Virus record (IMG/VR): IMGVR_UViG_3300047494_000112
Location: 32,001 to 96,000 of that record
Source: a virus
DNA length: 64,000 bases
Strand: one strand, 5' to 3'
Shown here: one piece after another, positions 9,083 to 18,601 of the stretch
Numbering within the stretch: position 1 is the stretch's first letter
Layout: every line of letters begins with the position of its first letter
The notes under the pieces: generated by a model
Seen by the model: only the letters and a program-made list of their open reading frames with translations
The model's database searches: none
Told to the model about the DNA's origin: nothing
Program-made: the position numbers and the translations under genes

Positions 9083-10797
9083 GAAAGATGACCTTTGATC
9101 AAAGGTCCAAACGTCTCTTTTGTGTCTTGACCTAATCTATGGTAAAAATCATGAGCTTGCATATGTTTTCCAGCTTTAAATAAATTTGACATGTGCAAAT
9201 GCCTAGCAGCTCGTCTTAAATTAGGAGCAGCCAAGCTAGCCAAATGACCGTTAAACAAGTGGTGATGAATAAAATTATGATTTAATGCGTCTCCTGCTGT
9301 AAGTTTTGCAGAATTTGATAACTGATCATCTCTTTCATTTTGTGAATGAATTTCTCTATCTGGTTTTGGACCCATTGACAGGTGGTTACGCAGCATTTGA
9401 ACTCGATGATTATATTCGGGTGAAAAAACATCCTCAGTAGCCGTTTGTTTAGCCAATTTGGCTGCAAGGTGCCAAAATTTTGAATGTTCGGCTGTGTTTT
9501 TTAAATTAGCTGCGTGGTGTTTAATTAGGCTAGAAATTTCACGCTGGGTATTCTGATGAGGGCCAATTACTAATGCTTTGACCAGTTTTTTCTTTTTGAC
9601 GGGAGCAACCACATCTAACGGTGATTTGCCTTTGGGTATAAAAGTCGAAGCAGGTTTTTTGGTAGGGCTCTTGATCACAGATTTTAGCTTGGCTTTTTCT
9701 TTTGGATCTAGAGCTTTCTTTAGATTTTTGCTAGTCTGCGACTCTTTTACGGCAGGCTTTTTAGATTTAGTTACAGGTACAGGAGCAGGCTTGGATGTAG
9801 GTTTAACCGGTTTTTTAGGCTCTGGATCATGACGTTCCATGTCAACATATCTGATACTAGGATCTTTTGCGTCCCAAGAATGGCCTAAAACCTTGTAATG
9901 AGAGCCTCGAGGTAGTAGAAATTCTTTTTCACCAGGATGGCTACCTGCAATAGGGGGTAGGTAAGCTCCTGTATGACCTTTCTTGTGAAAAATGCGAGCT
10001 ACGGTAGTATTACCTTCATCTGAATGAGTGTCAGTTGAAAACTCGCTAGCAATATCTCTATCTAATGAAGTTCCTGTATAACCTTTGTCTTGAAACACTG
10101 TACCTTTTGGTAAAGTACGAAAACCTTCATCAACACCTCTATAGGTTACAGTATTATGCCTCAAAGAGTGGCTAGTAACTTTATCCAAAGAATTTACCTG
10201 ATCCTTGATCTCTTGATCTCGATTTTTAGCCCATTCAGCATGTGCTTTTGAGCCTCTTTTAATATTGTGCGGCGTCCACCCATTTTTTAAATCGGTTTCA
10301 ACTGTACCATTCTTTCTAAGCTGCCGATTTAACTCATTGCTGCTTTCTTGATAGTTTTCAACGTGTTCTCTATCCTTAGGAGAAAAAATTTTTGCTTTCT
10401 TTAACGCTCTATCGGTATGCTCTTGGACAATGTTTTTATGCTTTGGATCTTTTAGTGCTTCTCTATGCCAAGGAGACAAATGAGCAATGGGAGGTTGCTC
10501 AACTTTTGTTTGATACTTTTTACGATCTACTAGCCAATCAGCTTCCCAAGATTTTACCTCATGCTTACCAGGTTTTTTAATCTTGATATCTGAAATGCTC
10601 CAATGCAAATGAGACTTGCGGGGGTTTGTAGGTACTATCTCAATATCTTCTTTGGACCAGTGCATGTGCTTTTTGCGTGATTTCTTTTTCTTGCCAGCAA
10701 AAACAGGTGTAGAAGCCAACAGCTCTTGATAAACCAAATCTGTAAAGGTTTGGTCTTCAGGCAACACTTCAGCTAAAATTTTCTCAATATAGTCCAT
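9079..10797 (-). CDS. VIP2/Alt-like ADP-ribosyltransferase (R-S-E class), multidomain
   Basis: TYRG, DKGYTGTS, GEKEFLLPRG (ExE); preceding YQESSNELNRQLR helix typical of the family. Confidence 0.85.
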   Translation of the reverse strand: MDYIEKILAEVLPEDQTFTDLVYQELLASTPVFAGKKKKSRKKHMHWSKEDIEIVPTNPRKSHLHWSISDIKIKKPGKHEVKSWEADWLVDRKKYQTKVEQPPIAHLSPWHREALKDPKHKNIVQEHTDRALKKAKIFSPKDREHVENYQESSNELNRQLRKNGTVETDLKNGWTPHNIKRGSKAHAEWAKNRDQEIKDQVNSLDKVTSHSLRHNTVTYRGVDEGFRTLPKGTVFQDKGYTGTSLDRDIASEFSTDTHSDEGNTTVARIFHKKGHTGAYLPPIAGSHPGEKEFLLPRGSHYKVLGHSWDAKDPSIRYVDMERHDPEPKKPVKPTSKPAPVPVTKSKKPAVKESQTSKNLKKALDPKEKAKLKSVIKSPTKKPASTFIPKGKSPLDVVAPVKKKKLVKALVIGPHQNTQREISSLIKHHAANLKNTAEHSKFWHLAAKLAKQTATEDVFSPEYNHRVQMLRNHLSMGPKPDREIHSQNERDDQLSNSAKLTAGDALNHNFIHHHLFNGHLASLAAPNLRRAARHLHMSNLFKAGKHMQAHDFYHRLGQDTKETFGPLIKGHLS

Positions 10798-11112
10798 TTA
10801 TTTGCCTTTTAGAAAATTTTGTACCTTAGGTGGCAAGAATTGATGCAATCTATCGACTTGTTCATTGTGATAATTTTGCATTTTATTGTGCATATCACTC
10901 ATGTCTTTGTGCAATTTTGATAACTCTCCGCCTTTTATCTTGCTCATACCTAAATGATAGTTAGACAAATGACCGTGATGATTAGCTAAATTTCCGTGTG
11001 CTATTGAACGTTCCACTGTAGAATTAGCCTTGTGTAGCTTCTTTTCAAGCTTATGCTGAGCATTTGTGCCTTCAATATTGCCACCTGTGAATATTCCTGA
11101 GGTTATTTTCAT
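10798..11112 (-). CDS. His-rich helical hypothetical protein
   Basis: 104-aa ORF abutting both neighbours. Confidence 0.65.
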   Translation of the reverse strand: MKITSGIFTGGNIEGTNAQHKLEKKLHKANSTVERSIAHGNLANHHGHLSNYHLGMSKIKGGELSKLHKDMSDMHNKMQNYHNEQVDRLHQFLPPKVQNFLKGK

Positions 11113-11113
11113 G

Positions 11114-11932
11114 CTAATTTAACCAAGCCATGAATGGCATTTCGCTAGCTGACGCATACGCGGGAGTAGCTACGCTCGATAGTTCAAAGCCACAGATATC
11201 TAGCGTATTGTAGTATCCCAGACGACCGGTTTTTGCATCAATTTTGTAGGAAGGTTTACCGTGGGTGACATGTTCACACCCACCTTTGGACAACAATTTA
11301 GCACAAACTGAACAAGAAAAATCTGCAGCATGAGCGCCCATGCTATAACAATTTCTTTTCTTACTCAAAATATCATTCACCAGTAAAGGGTCTTTGGTTC
11401 TATCCCAAGCCACTAGCTTAATAACTTTCCAAATATTACCTGAGGTACAAGGTATAGGACGCATGATACAATCGACAATTACACCCTTTGATTGCCAAGG
11501 ATCGTCATTTTTGTGCTCAAGGTATGAAGATTTTCCTTTCCAGGTACGGTAAGCAGGCTGACCACCGTCGGTGCACCATCCAGTTAATTCGGTATAAGGA
11601 AAAGCTTGACCGTTTCTGTTAGGCAAATCTGAAGGCATGCTAATAACAGGAGTTAGTACATAGTCACGGATATTCTTGCTAATATTTAGCTTTTCAGCAG
11701 CAATGGGTAGCCAAAATTTGGCATCGTCTGTCAAATCTCGTACCGAGTCTATTAAGGATGTGTTGGCTAATACCTTTAATCCTTCTTTGTTCTTGAATAA
11801 ATTTAGATCAAAGCATTCAATGCCTCTTGGGCCAATTGCATCGCTTTGGACGAAATGCGGTCTAGTCATGATCATCACCTTCGTATGGAAGCACCTTACC
11901 ATGAACGTGCTTAACGTTACCTTTATTTTCAA
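11114..11932 (-). CDS. prohead (head maturation) protease, HK97/S78-like, with Cys cluster
   Basis: PNRNGQAF, LEH...KG, YSMG (catalytic Ser), ELSSVATPA; CSVC...CEH insert; next to portal; start probably later than annotated. Confidence 0.75.
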   Translation of the reverse strand: MKIKVTLSTFMVRCFHTKVMIMTRPHFVQSDAIGPRGIECFDLNLFKNKEGLKVLANTSLIDSVRDLTDDAKFWLPIAAEKLNISKNIRDYVLTPVISMPSDLPNRNGQAFPYTELTGWCTDGGQPAYRTWKGKSSYLEHKNDDPWQSKGVIVDCIMRPIPCTSGNIWKVIKLVAWDRTKDPLLVNDILSKKRNCYSMGAHAADFSCSVCAKLLSKGGCEHVTHGKPSYKIDAKTGRLGYYNTLDICGFELSSVATPAYASASEMPFMAWLN

Positions 11933-12437
11933 TTTTGGTAACCTGAAATCTTGTTTTGTGCGGTAGTATCATCTCTTTTTGATATTTGTACTGGTTGTTT
12001 TTATCAAAAGCGGAATCTATGTGAGGATGATTCTTAGGTACCTTTAGATGCATGTTAATGTCTAATTTATCTTGATTTAAATCTCGCTTCAATTTATCTG
12101 AGTGAAGCAATTCAGGATCTTTTGTAGTAGACATGTAACCATAATGGATATACTTGTTACCCACTTTATAGTTTGTCTTGGTGTTTGATCGAATTGCCCT
12201 ATGTGTCATGAAACCTTGATGATTAGCCGTTTTATCTAAAGCTGAATTTATTCTGTCTACATGTCTTTTTGCATATGCCTCAACATAACTACTATTCTTT
12301 TTCCCTCTAAGATAATCATTAAAGGTTGAAGCGTCACCGTGTAAATAGTTTCGGATGGATTCTCTTTCTTCAGGAGTATAAGGCAAATTTGCCTTTGCAG
12401 ATTCTACAAGCCATTGTATCTTTGCTTTAAGGCTCAT
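11862..12437 (-). CDS. VIP2/C3-like ADP-ribosyltransferase (R-S-QxE)
   Basis: YL...FNDYLRG, THRA, GYMSTT, YQKEMILP. Confidence 0.8.
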   Translation of the reverse strand: MSLKAKIQWLVESAKANLPYTPEERESIRNYLHGDASTFNDYLRGKKNSSYVEAYAKRHVDRINSALDKTANHQGFMTHRAIRSNTKTNYKVGNKYIHYGYMSTTKDPELLHSDKLKRDLNQDKLDINMHLKVPKNHPHIDSAFDKNNQYKYQKEMILPHKTRFQVTKIENKGNVKHVHGKVLPYEGDDHD

Positions 12438-12450
12438 TTACCTTATTTCC

Positions 12451-12762
12451 TTAATAGGGAAGAGTATAATCTGTAAACTCATTAGCTATTCTATCATGAG
12501 CATGACTTCTAACATTAAGATCTGAATCGTGACTCAGTTTTTTCAAATGGTCGTAATTGCCAAATTCAGCAACTGTTTCTCTAACCAAAGGATTCTTGCT
12601 CTTGATCAGTCTATCTCTGTGTTCATCTGTACCATACTGAGCCAAGTCTACATGATATCTAGGATTCTTGAAAAACTTTTTAATGTGCTTTGGATGACCA
12701 ATTTGTATTAACGCTGGTATACTATCCCATTTGATTGCACTCTTTAGCTTTTCCTTAGCCAT
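12451..12762 (-). CDS. diverged 24-aa repeat protein
   Basis: IGHPKH cap, GTDEHRDRLIKSKNPLVR unit. Confidence 0.75.
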   Translation of the reverse strand: MAKEKLKSAIKWDSIPALIQIGHPKHIKKFFKNPRYHVDLAQYGTDEHRDRLIKSKNPLVRETVAEFGNYDHLKKLSHDSDLNVRSHAHDRIANEFTDYTLPY

Positions 12763-13768
12763 AACCTTCAGCCTTCAATTGGTCATATGAATCTTTGTAA
12801 TGAGGATCATCTCTATGAGGTTCAACTTTTGACAAAGGTATTTTGTTTTCTTTAATGTATCGGTACTGTTCATGCCAAGGATGATGAATTGCTACAATGT
12901 TTTCAGAGGGTACATCGATTTTAGAATAGGTAGGCGAATATTTGTAATGATCAGGGTCGTCGTGAAACTCTACAATTGAGCCGAATCCGTTACTATACCT
13001 TTTAGCATGAGACGCTTTGTCATGCGAATAAATACCTAATGGTCCTTCATAGCCTTTGGCATCTGATAAGCGTAATCCGTGTTTTTCAATACTAGGTATG
13101 TTTGAAGGTCTGGTAACATGAAATCTACGCATACGGCCTTCAGGTATTGGAGACTGGCCCATTTCAGGTGGTACAGGTTTAACCGAAGCTGTTACCTGAT
13201 TGTTAGGCTTTACACCGGCTAGTCTTTTCAAGCGCAATTTTGCTGCATTTGAAACTTGCTTGACAGAGTCTTGGGTTAGTTTTTCAGCATGTTCTTTGTT
13301 GGCGTTTTGCGCTACGTTTAATCTAACGCGTCTATCAGGATCTTGAAGTAATTTTTCTCTGTGAGCATCAGAACCATGACGGGCTATAAATTTTCGAACT
13401 TGATAGCTTTTATCATTGATTAGTTTATCTCTGTTAGAATCGTTACCATGCCAAGCTATATAAGATCTACCGACAGCATTAAGACATTTTTTATCTAACA
13501 GAAAATGTCTAATTTTGTCACTACCTACTTCAGCCAAATGTAAGCCTAGATTGTGTTTAGTTGCTTGACCTTGTATAGTTTTAGGTTTAAACGCTGGCAG
13601 TTGATCACTTAATTTTTCTTTAAACTCTTCATTACCATGATCTAGTAAAGCATGACCTAGTCGTTCATTATCCCAATTTGCGTCTTCAACTTGATACGAG
13701 TCTAGATGTTTATTTACATGTTTAGGGTGACCTATTTTAACTTTGGCTATTTCTTGATCCCAGTTCAT
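12755..13768 (-). CDS. 24-aa repeat protein fused to a C-terminal His-type ART-like domain
   Basis: IGHPKH cap and GNDSNRDKL repeats; C-term RRFHVTRPSNIPSIEKHGL...GIY. Confidence 0.6.
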   Translation of the reverse strand: MNWDQEIAKVKIGHPKHVNKHLDSYQVEDANWDNERLGHALLDHGNEEFKEKLSDQLPAFKPKTIQGQATKHNLGLHLAEVGSDKIRHFLLDKKCLNAVGRSYIAWHGNDSNRDKLINDKSYQVRKFIARHGSDAHREKLLQDPDRRVRLNVAQNANKEHAEKLTQDSVKQVSNAAKLRLKRLAGVKPNNQVTASVKPVPPEMGQSPIPEGRMRRFHVTRPSNIPSIEKHGLRLSDAKGYEGPLGIYSHDKASHAKRYSNGFGSIVEFHDDPDHYKYSPTYSKIDVPSENIVAIHHPWHEQYRYIKENKIPLSKVEPHRDDPHYKDSYDQLKAEGYG

Positions 13769-15708
13769 CTTTTACCTACTTCAACCAAAGTTTTTACAAC
13801 CTTGTTTGCCTTTCTTAAAGCTAGTGCTCTAGCTCTTCTATCCGCCAAGGCTTTAGCTATGGTTTTCATGGTCTTCTCTTTGATAACCTTTTGTCCTTTG
13901 GCAGAAATGTTTATCCTTTTTCCACCTTCTCCAAAAGCGCCGGTGTCAACACTTGGATCATAATCTCTATGCAGAGACATGTTTGCTCCAACACCAAATC
14001 TTGACATGCTCTTTAAAGCAGAGCCAACAAATTGTTGAGACTGATCATCGCCACCAGCCTCTTGCTGAGATTGTTGCTGCAATTGCTGCGTCATTTCATC
14101 AATTTGAGCATTGTACATTGCAATTTTTTTTCGCATTGCCAAGTCTTCTTGAAAATTTGCAACAATTTGATTGATATCTAACGAACCAGCAGCAGCAAGC
14201 ATGGCAATGGGAACAGGAATACCCATACCGTTCATATCGTTTAGCATTTGCAAGTAAGCTTGATCTCCTTCGGGCGACAAGTGTTTGTGATAAACGACCT
14301 TTGGAATTAACAGGTCATGCGTATCCATATCAACGCCAGCAATTGTTTTGTGGCGATGACGTGGGATTACATCATTGTATAAACGTCTATTAGCAATACG
14401 ATAAATGCGTTCATCATCAGTTTCAATGCGAGGTCCACTAGAGCCTGTTACCTGATATCGACGTTCTTCTCTAAAATCGTTAGCTGCTGAAATTGCGGGA
14501 AATAGCTTTTCATAAAACAAGCCAGTAGTAATTTTAGCACGAAAAGTACGAATATTATCAAGCATAACTGATAGAGAAGCATCCAAAGTTGAAAGAGAAA
14601 CTTCTCCAGTTAGTATACCCTCTGATAAGCCAAAGGCTCTATACTTGTTTGCTGAAGCATACTCGAAAACTTGATCTACGTTCCAAAACTCACCAGCAGC
14701 ACGAATTTCGTTTGTATTGACGCCTGTACGAGTGACAATTATAGCACCAGTTGGATCCAAATCTCCTTGTAGAAATAAATCACGAAAAGACTCTAAATCA
14801 GATTGAGTTGGAATCCATTCGTCATCGCCACCTACCATTACATGTAGCAAAGCTCTTTGACGTCTATTAGCCACGTCAATTGTACCGCGCATTAGAGCTT
14901 TTTCAATTAAATGAACAGGCAAAACTCTTTCATACATGCTAACGCCAAATGGTTCAGCAGTCATTGTTCTACGTGGAATATAGATAGTGTTGGCTGGCTC
15001 TAACGGAATACGTCCCTGCTTGATCTTTTCAATGAATTCTTGAGGAATATGTGACATTACTTGAGCAACACGAGGATCATTTGATTGCATGATCTTACTC
15101 AAGTCTTTAGGCATAATCAAGTCAATTATAGGATCAACGCCAAAGAGAGGAATGTTGACAATTTCAGTATTATCAATTGATTGCGGAAGAACTGCTGTAA
15201 ATACTTTTTCGTCTTGTTCAAATATTGCATTACCAATAAACGCACCTAATACCTGATAGTCTAAAGATATACCTGGTAGTAACGCACGTAAATGTAGACC
15301 TTCTAAAGATTGATGAAATTTTTCAAGGATATCTTTATCTTTAATACCTGATAAATGAAAATCAGAAAAAGGCAAATTTGCATAAACGTCAGCCGCTCCG
15401 CCACACACAGGATCATGGTAGTACATGTCACGAAATATCTTACGCTTAATACGGGGATCTTCAACAAAAATATTTTCGAGAGTAGCTCTTGAAACGTTTG
15501 AGCTGGTTTGAGTTTGCCCTATTGAGGTTCTACCTCCTTGCTGAGTTTGATCCCAAGCTTCCACGTTATGTTTTCTCAACTTGTCAGCTTGAGCTTGTAC
15601 ACCAGCCGTAATTTCTAATCGTTTTTGAGTAGCAGGCTTTAGATTAGATACTAAAGTAGGGCCTGTGTCCGTACTTGCTACAGTAAAATTACGATTTAGC
15701 TTAATCAT
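13765..15708 (-). CDS. portal protein
   Basis: 647 aa between terminase and protease; IFRDMYYHDPVCGGAADVYANLPFSDF, Y..PRR...GVS.Y recalled from portals of PaBG/Y3-type jumbo phages. Confidence 0.75.
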   Translation of the reverse strand: MIKLNRNFTVASTDTGPTLVSNLKPATQKRLEITAGVQAQADKLRKHNVEAWDQTQQGGRTSIGQTQTSSNVSRATLENIFVEDPRIKRKIFRDMYYHDPVCGGAADVYANLPFSDFHLSGIKDKDILEKFHQSLEGLHLRALLPGISLDYQVLGAFIGNAIFEQDEKVFTAVLPQSIDNTEIVNIPLFGVDPIIDLIMPKDLSKIMQSNDPRVAQVMSHIPQEFIEKIKQGRIPLEPANTIYIPRRTMTAEPFGVSMYERVLPVHLIEKALMRGTIDVANRRQRALLHVMVGGDDEWIPTQSDLESFRDLFLQGDLDPTGAIIVTRTGVNTNEIRAAGEFWNVDQVFEYASANKYRAFGLSEGILTGEVSLSTLDASLSVMLDNIRTFRAKITTGLFYEKLFPAISAANDFREERRYQVTGSSGPRIETDDERIYRIANRRLYNDVIPRHRHKTIAGVDMDTHDLLIPKVVYHKHLSPEGDQAYLQMLNDMNGMGIPVPIAMLAAAGSLDINQIVANFQEDLAMRKKIAMYNAQIDEMTQQLQQQSQQEAGGDDQSQQFVGSALKSMSRFGVGANMSLHRDYDPSVDTGAFGEGGKRINISAKGQKVIKEKTMKTIAKALADRRARALALRKANKVVKTLVEVGKR

Positions 15709-15717
15709 TTTGTATTC

Positions 15718-16143
15718 CTATTTGGCAAAGTTTAAAAACGCTTTTAGTCTATTTTTTGCACTAGACCTAACTTTGCTATCTTTATCTTTTAGTAAAGCTT
15801 TAGCATGGTTAGCATTTCCATTCCTAGCTACTGCATATCTTACATGCCAATCTGGATCTGAAACTAGCTTGTCTCTATGGTAATCGTTTCCATGCCTAGC
15901 TACTGCTTCTCTTACATACTCATCTGGATCAGAAACTAGCTTATCTCTATGAGAATCATTTCCATCAGTAGCTACTGCTTCTCTTACATGCCAATCTGGA
16001 TCTGATACTAGCCTATCTCTATGAGAGTCGTTTCCATGCTTAGCTACTGCACGTCTTACATATGCCTCTGGATCTGATATTAAAGAGTCTAAATGTTTAG
16101 GATGGCTAATTGAAGCTAAAGCTTGACGTTGGTTAGGTGTCAT
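15718..16143 (-). CDS. 24-aa HEAT/LRV-like repeat protein (3 internal repeats)
   Basis: Caps and repeat consensus. Confidence 0.85.
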   Translation of the reverse strand: MTPNQRQALASISHPKHLDSLISDPEAYVRRAVAKHGNDSHRDRLVSDPDWHVREAVATDGNDSHRDKLVSDPDEYVREAVARHGNDYHRDKLVSDPDWHVRYAVARNGNANHAKALLKDKDSKVRSSAKNRLKAFLNFAK

Positions 16144-16145
16144 TT

Positions 16146-16709
16146 TTATTTAACTCCTAATGCTTTTAGTCTTTGTTTTGCAGCAAGTCTAACTTCTTTA
16201 TCTTGATCTTTTAGTAAAGCTTTAGCATGGTTAGCATTTCCATGTGCAGCTACTGCATATCTTACATATTCCTCTGGATCCGAAACTAGCTTGTCTCTAT
16301 GGGAATCATTTCCATGCTGAGCTACTGCATATCTTACATCTGTATCTTTATCTTTTACTAGCTTATCTCTATGGGAATCATTTCCACGCTCAGCTACTGC
16401 ATATCTTACATCTGTATCTTTATCTTTTACTAGCTTATCTCTATGAGAGTCGTTTCCATGCTCAGCTACAGTCTGTCTTACATATCTATTTGGATCTTTT
16501 ACTAGCTTATCTCTGTGAGAAGGGTTTCCATGCTTAGCTACTGCTTCTCTTATAGACGAATCTTTATCTGAAATTAGCTTATCTCTGTGAGAATCGTTTC
16601 CATTCTCAGCTACTGCATATCTTACAGACGAATCTTTATCTTTAATTAGTTTATCTAAATGTTTAGGATGACCAATTTCAGCTAAAGCTTGGCGTTGGTT
16701 AGGTGTCAT
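16146..16709 (-). CDS. 24-aa HEAT/LRV-like repeat protein (5 internal repeats)
   Basis: Caps and repeat consensus; two near-identical adjacent units DKDTDVRYAVA. Confidence 0.85.
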   Translation of the reverse strand: MTPNQRQALAEIGHPKHLDKLIKDKDSSVRYAVAENGNDSHRDKLISDKDSSIREAVAKHGNPSHRDKLVKDPNRYVRQTVAEHGNDSHRDKLVKDKDTDVRYAVAERGNDSHRDKLVKDKDTDVRYAVAQHGNDSHRDKLVSDPEEYVRYAVAAHGNANHAKALLKDQDKEVRLAAKQRLKALGVK

Positions 16710-17038
16710 TTAGTGTATCCTATCGAGTGCATGTGAATCTCATGACCACCATCTGTCTTTTTAATCTGAATTGATACATCACGTTTAGGTGAAACCCAAT
16801 GCGTTCTATTGCCAGGTACTAGTGGAGACATTTCTTGACGTAAAAATTTGTGCATAGGTAAAGGCATATCATCAGCCGCATGGCGCATTACAACCTTTGT
16901 GGTTTGGATTCTTTCTTTAGACTCAGGATCAGTGATCTTGCCCATTTTTGTCATAGACATTGTGTAGCCACAGCCTTTTTTGCCAAGGCAAACTTTGCTA
17001 GCTTTTAAAATTAAAGGGTGGGCAAGTGGCTCTGACAT
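16706..17038 (-). CDS. hypothetical protein
   Basis: 110-aa ORF coupled to flanking repeat genes. Confidence 0.65.
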   Translation of the reverse strand: MSEPLAHPLILKASKVCLGKKGCGYTMSMTKMGKITDPESKERIQTTKVVMRHAADDMPLPMHKFLRQEMSPLVPGNRTHWVSPKRDVSIQIKKTDGGHEIHMHSIGYTK

Positions 17039-17529
17039 TACTGTAATCCTAAATCTTTTAGTCTTTGTTTTGCACTAGACCTAACTTCGCTATCTTTATC
17101 GTTCAGTAAAGCTCTTGCATGGTTAGCATTTCCATTCTCAGCTACTGCCCATCTTACATATGCCTCTGGATCTGATACTAGCCTATCTCTATGAGAATCG
17201 TTTCCATTCTCAGCTATCTCACGTCTCACCTTCCAATTTGGATCTGATACTAGCCTATCTCTATGAGAATCGTTTCCATTCTCAGCTACTGCACGTCTTA
17301 CATCTCGATCTTTATCTGAAACTAGCTTGTCTCTATGGGAGTCATTTCCATTCCAAGCTACTGCACGTCTCACATGCCAATCTGGATCTGATACTAGCCT
17401 ATCTCTATGAGAGTCGTTTCCATTCCATGCTACTGCTGCTCTTACATCTACCTCTGGATCTGAAACTAGCTTATCTAAATGCTTAGGATGACCAATTTCA
17501 GCTAAAGCTTGGCGTTGGTTAGGTTTCAT
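17038..17529 (-). CDS. 24-aa HEAT/LRV-like repeat protein (4 internal repeats)
   Basis: Caps and repeat consensus; 163 aa. Confidence 0.85.
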   Translation of the reverse strand: MKPNQRQALAEIGHPKHLDKLVSDPEVDVRAAVAWNGNDSHRDRLVSDPDWHVRRAVAWNGNDSHRDKLVSDKDRDVRRAVAENGNDSHRDRLVSDPNWKVRREIAENGNDSHRDRLVSDPEAYVRWAVAENGNANHARALLNDKDSEVRSSAKQRLKDLGLQ

Positions 17530-17760
17530 TTAATCTTCTTTAACAGGGATACAGGTTCTAGCTCCTAGATCAACCCACATGCTAAATTCCTTGCCCTGGA
17601 AAGAACCTTTAACGAGCTGCATAGGTTGTTTTGATGCTGACGAAAGAGGAGGTTTTTCTGTAGCAGCCACCAATGAACTAATAACCTCAACCTTTGCTTT
17701 AATTACTTTTTTGTCGGCTTCAGGATTACAAAACAATGGGTCAATTAATTCTCTAGTCAT
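17530..17760 (-). CDS. hypothetical protein
   Basis: 76-aa ORF abutting repeat genes. Confidence 0.6.
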   Translation of the reverse strand: MTRELIDPLFCNPEADKKVIKAKVEVISSLVAATEKPPLSSASKQPMQLVKGSFQGKEFSMWVDLGARTCIPVKED

Positions 17761-18179
17761 TACTGTGCTCCTAAATCTTTTAGTCTATTTTTTGCAATAG
17801 ACCTAACATATTTATCTTCATCTTTTAGTAAAGCTCTTGCATGGTTAGCGTTTCCATTCCAAGCTACTGCTTGTCTTACATCTGAATCTGAATCTGAAAT
17901 TAGCTTGTCTCTATGAGAGTCATTTCCATGCTGAGCTACTGTATATCTTACACCTACATGTGGATCTGAAATTAGTTTGTCTCTATGAGAATCGTTTCCA
18001 TGCTCAGCTACTGCATATCTTACACCTACATGTGGATCTGAAATTAGCTTGTCTCTATGGGAATCATTTCCATGCTGAGCTACTGTATATCTCACATGCC
18101 AATCTGGATCTGAAACTAGCTTATCTAAATGCTTAGGATGGCCAATTTTAGCTAAAGCTATGCGTTGGTTAGGTGTCAT
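17760..18179 (-). CDS. 24-aa HEAT/LRV-like repeat protein (3 internal repeats)
   Basis: Caps and repeat consensus; 139 aa. Confidence 0.85.
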   Translation of the reverse strand: MTPNQRIALAKIGHPKHLDKLVSDPDWHVRYTVAQHGNDSHRDKLISDPHVGVRYAVAEHGNDSHRDKLISDPHVGVRYTVAQHGNDSHRDKLISDSDSDVRQAVAWNGNANHARALLKDEDKYVRSIAKNRLKDLGAQ

Positions 18180-18181
18180 TT

Positions 18182-18601
18182 TTATTTTTCTCTTAACTCT
18201 TTTAGTCTTTGTTTTGCAATAGACCTAACATCATCATCTTCATCTTTTAGTAAAGCTTTAGCATGGTTAGCGTTTCCATTCCATGCTACTGCTTCTCTTA
18301 CATTCTCATCTGGATCTTTAATTAGCTTGTCTCTATGAGAGTCGTTTCCATTCCTAGCTACTGCATGTCTTACATTCCAATCTGGATCTGAAATTAATTT
18401 ATCTCTATGGGAATCGTTTCCATTCCTAGCTACTGAACGTCTTACATATCTATTTGGATCTGATATTAGCTTATCTCTGTGAGAATCGTTTCCATTCTCA
18501 GCTACTGCTGCTCTTACATATTCCTCTGGATCTTTTACTAGCTTGTCTAAATGCTTAGGATGACCAATTAAAGCTAAAACTATGCGTTGGTTAGGTGTCA
18601 T
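18182..18601 (-). CDS. 24-aa HEAT/LRV-like repeat protein (3 internal repeats)
   Basis: Caps and repeat consensus; 139 aa. Confidence 0.85.
   Translation of the reverse strand: MTPNQRIVLALIGHPKHLDKLVKDPEEYVRAAVAENGNDSHRDKLISDPNRYVRRSVARNGNDSHRDKLISDPDWNVRHAVARNGNDSHRDKLIKDPDENVREAVAWNGNANHAKALLKDEDDDVRSIAKQRLKELREK

Noticed and set aside
16244-17486. Plus-strand ORFs 16244..16537 and 17160..17486 with ILAYLYENRF repeats
   Set aside because: Antisense shadows of the repeat genes.
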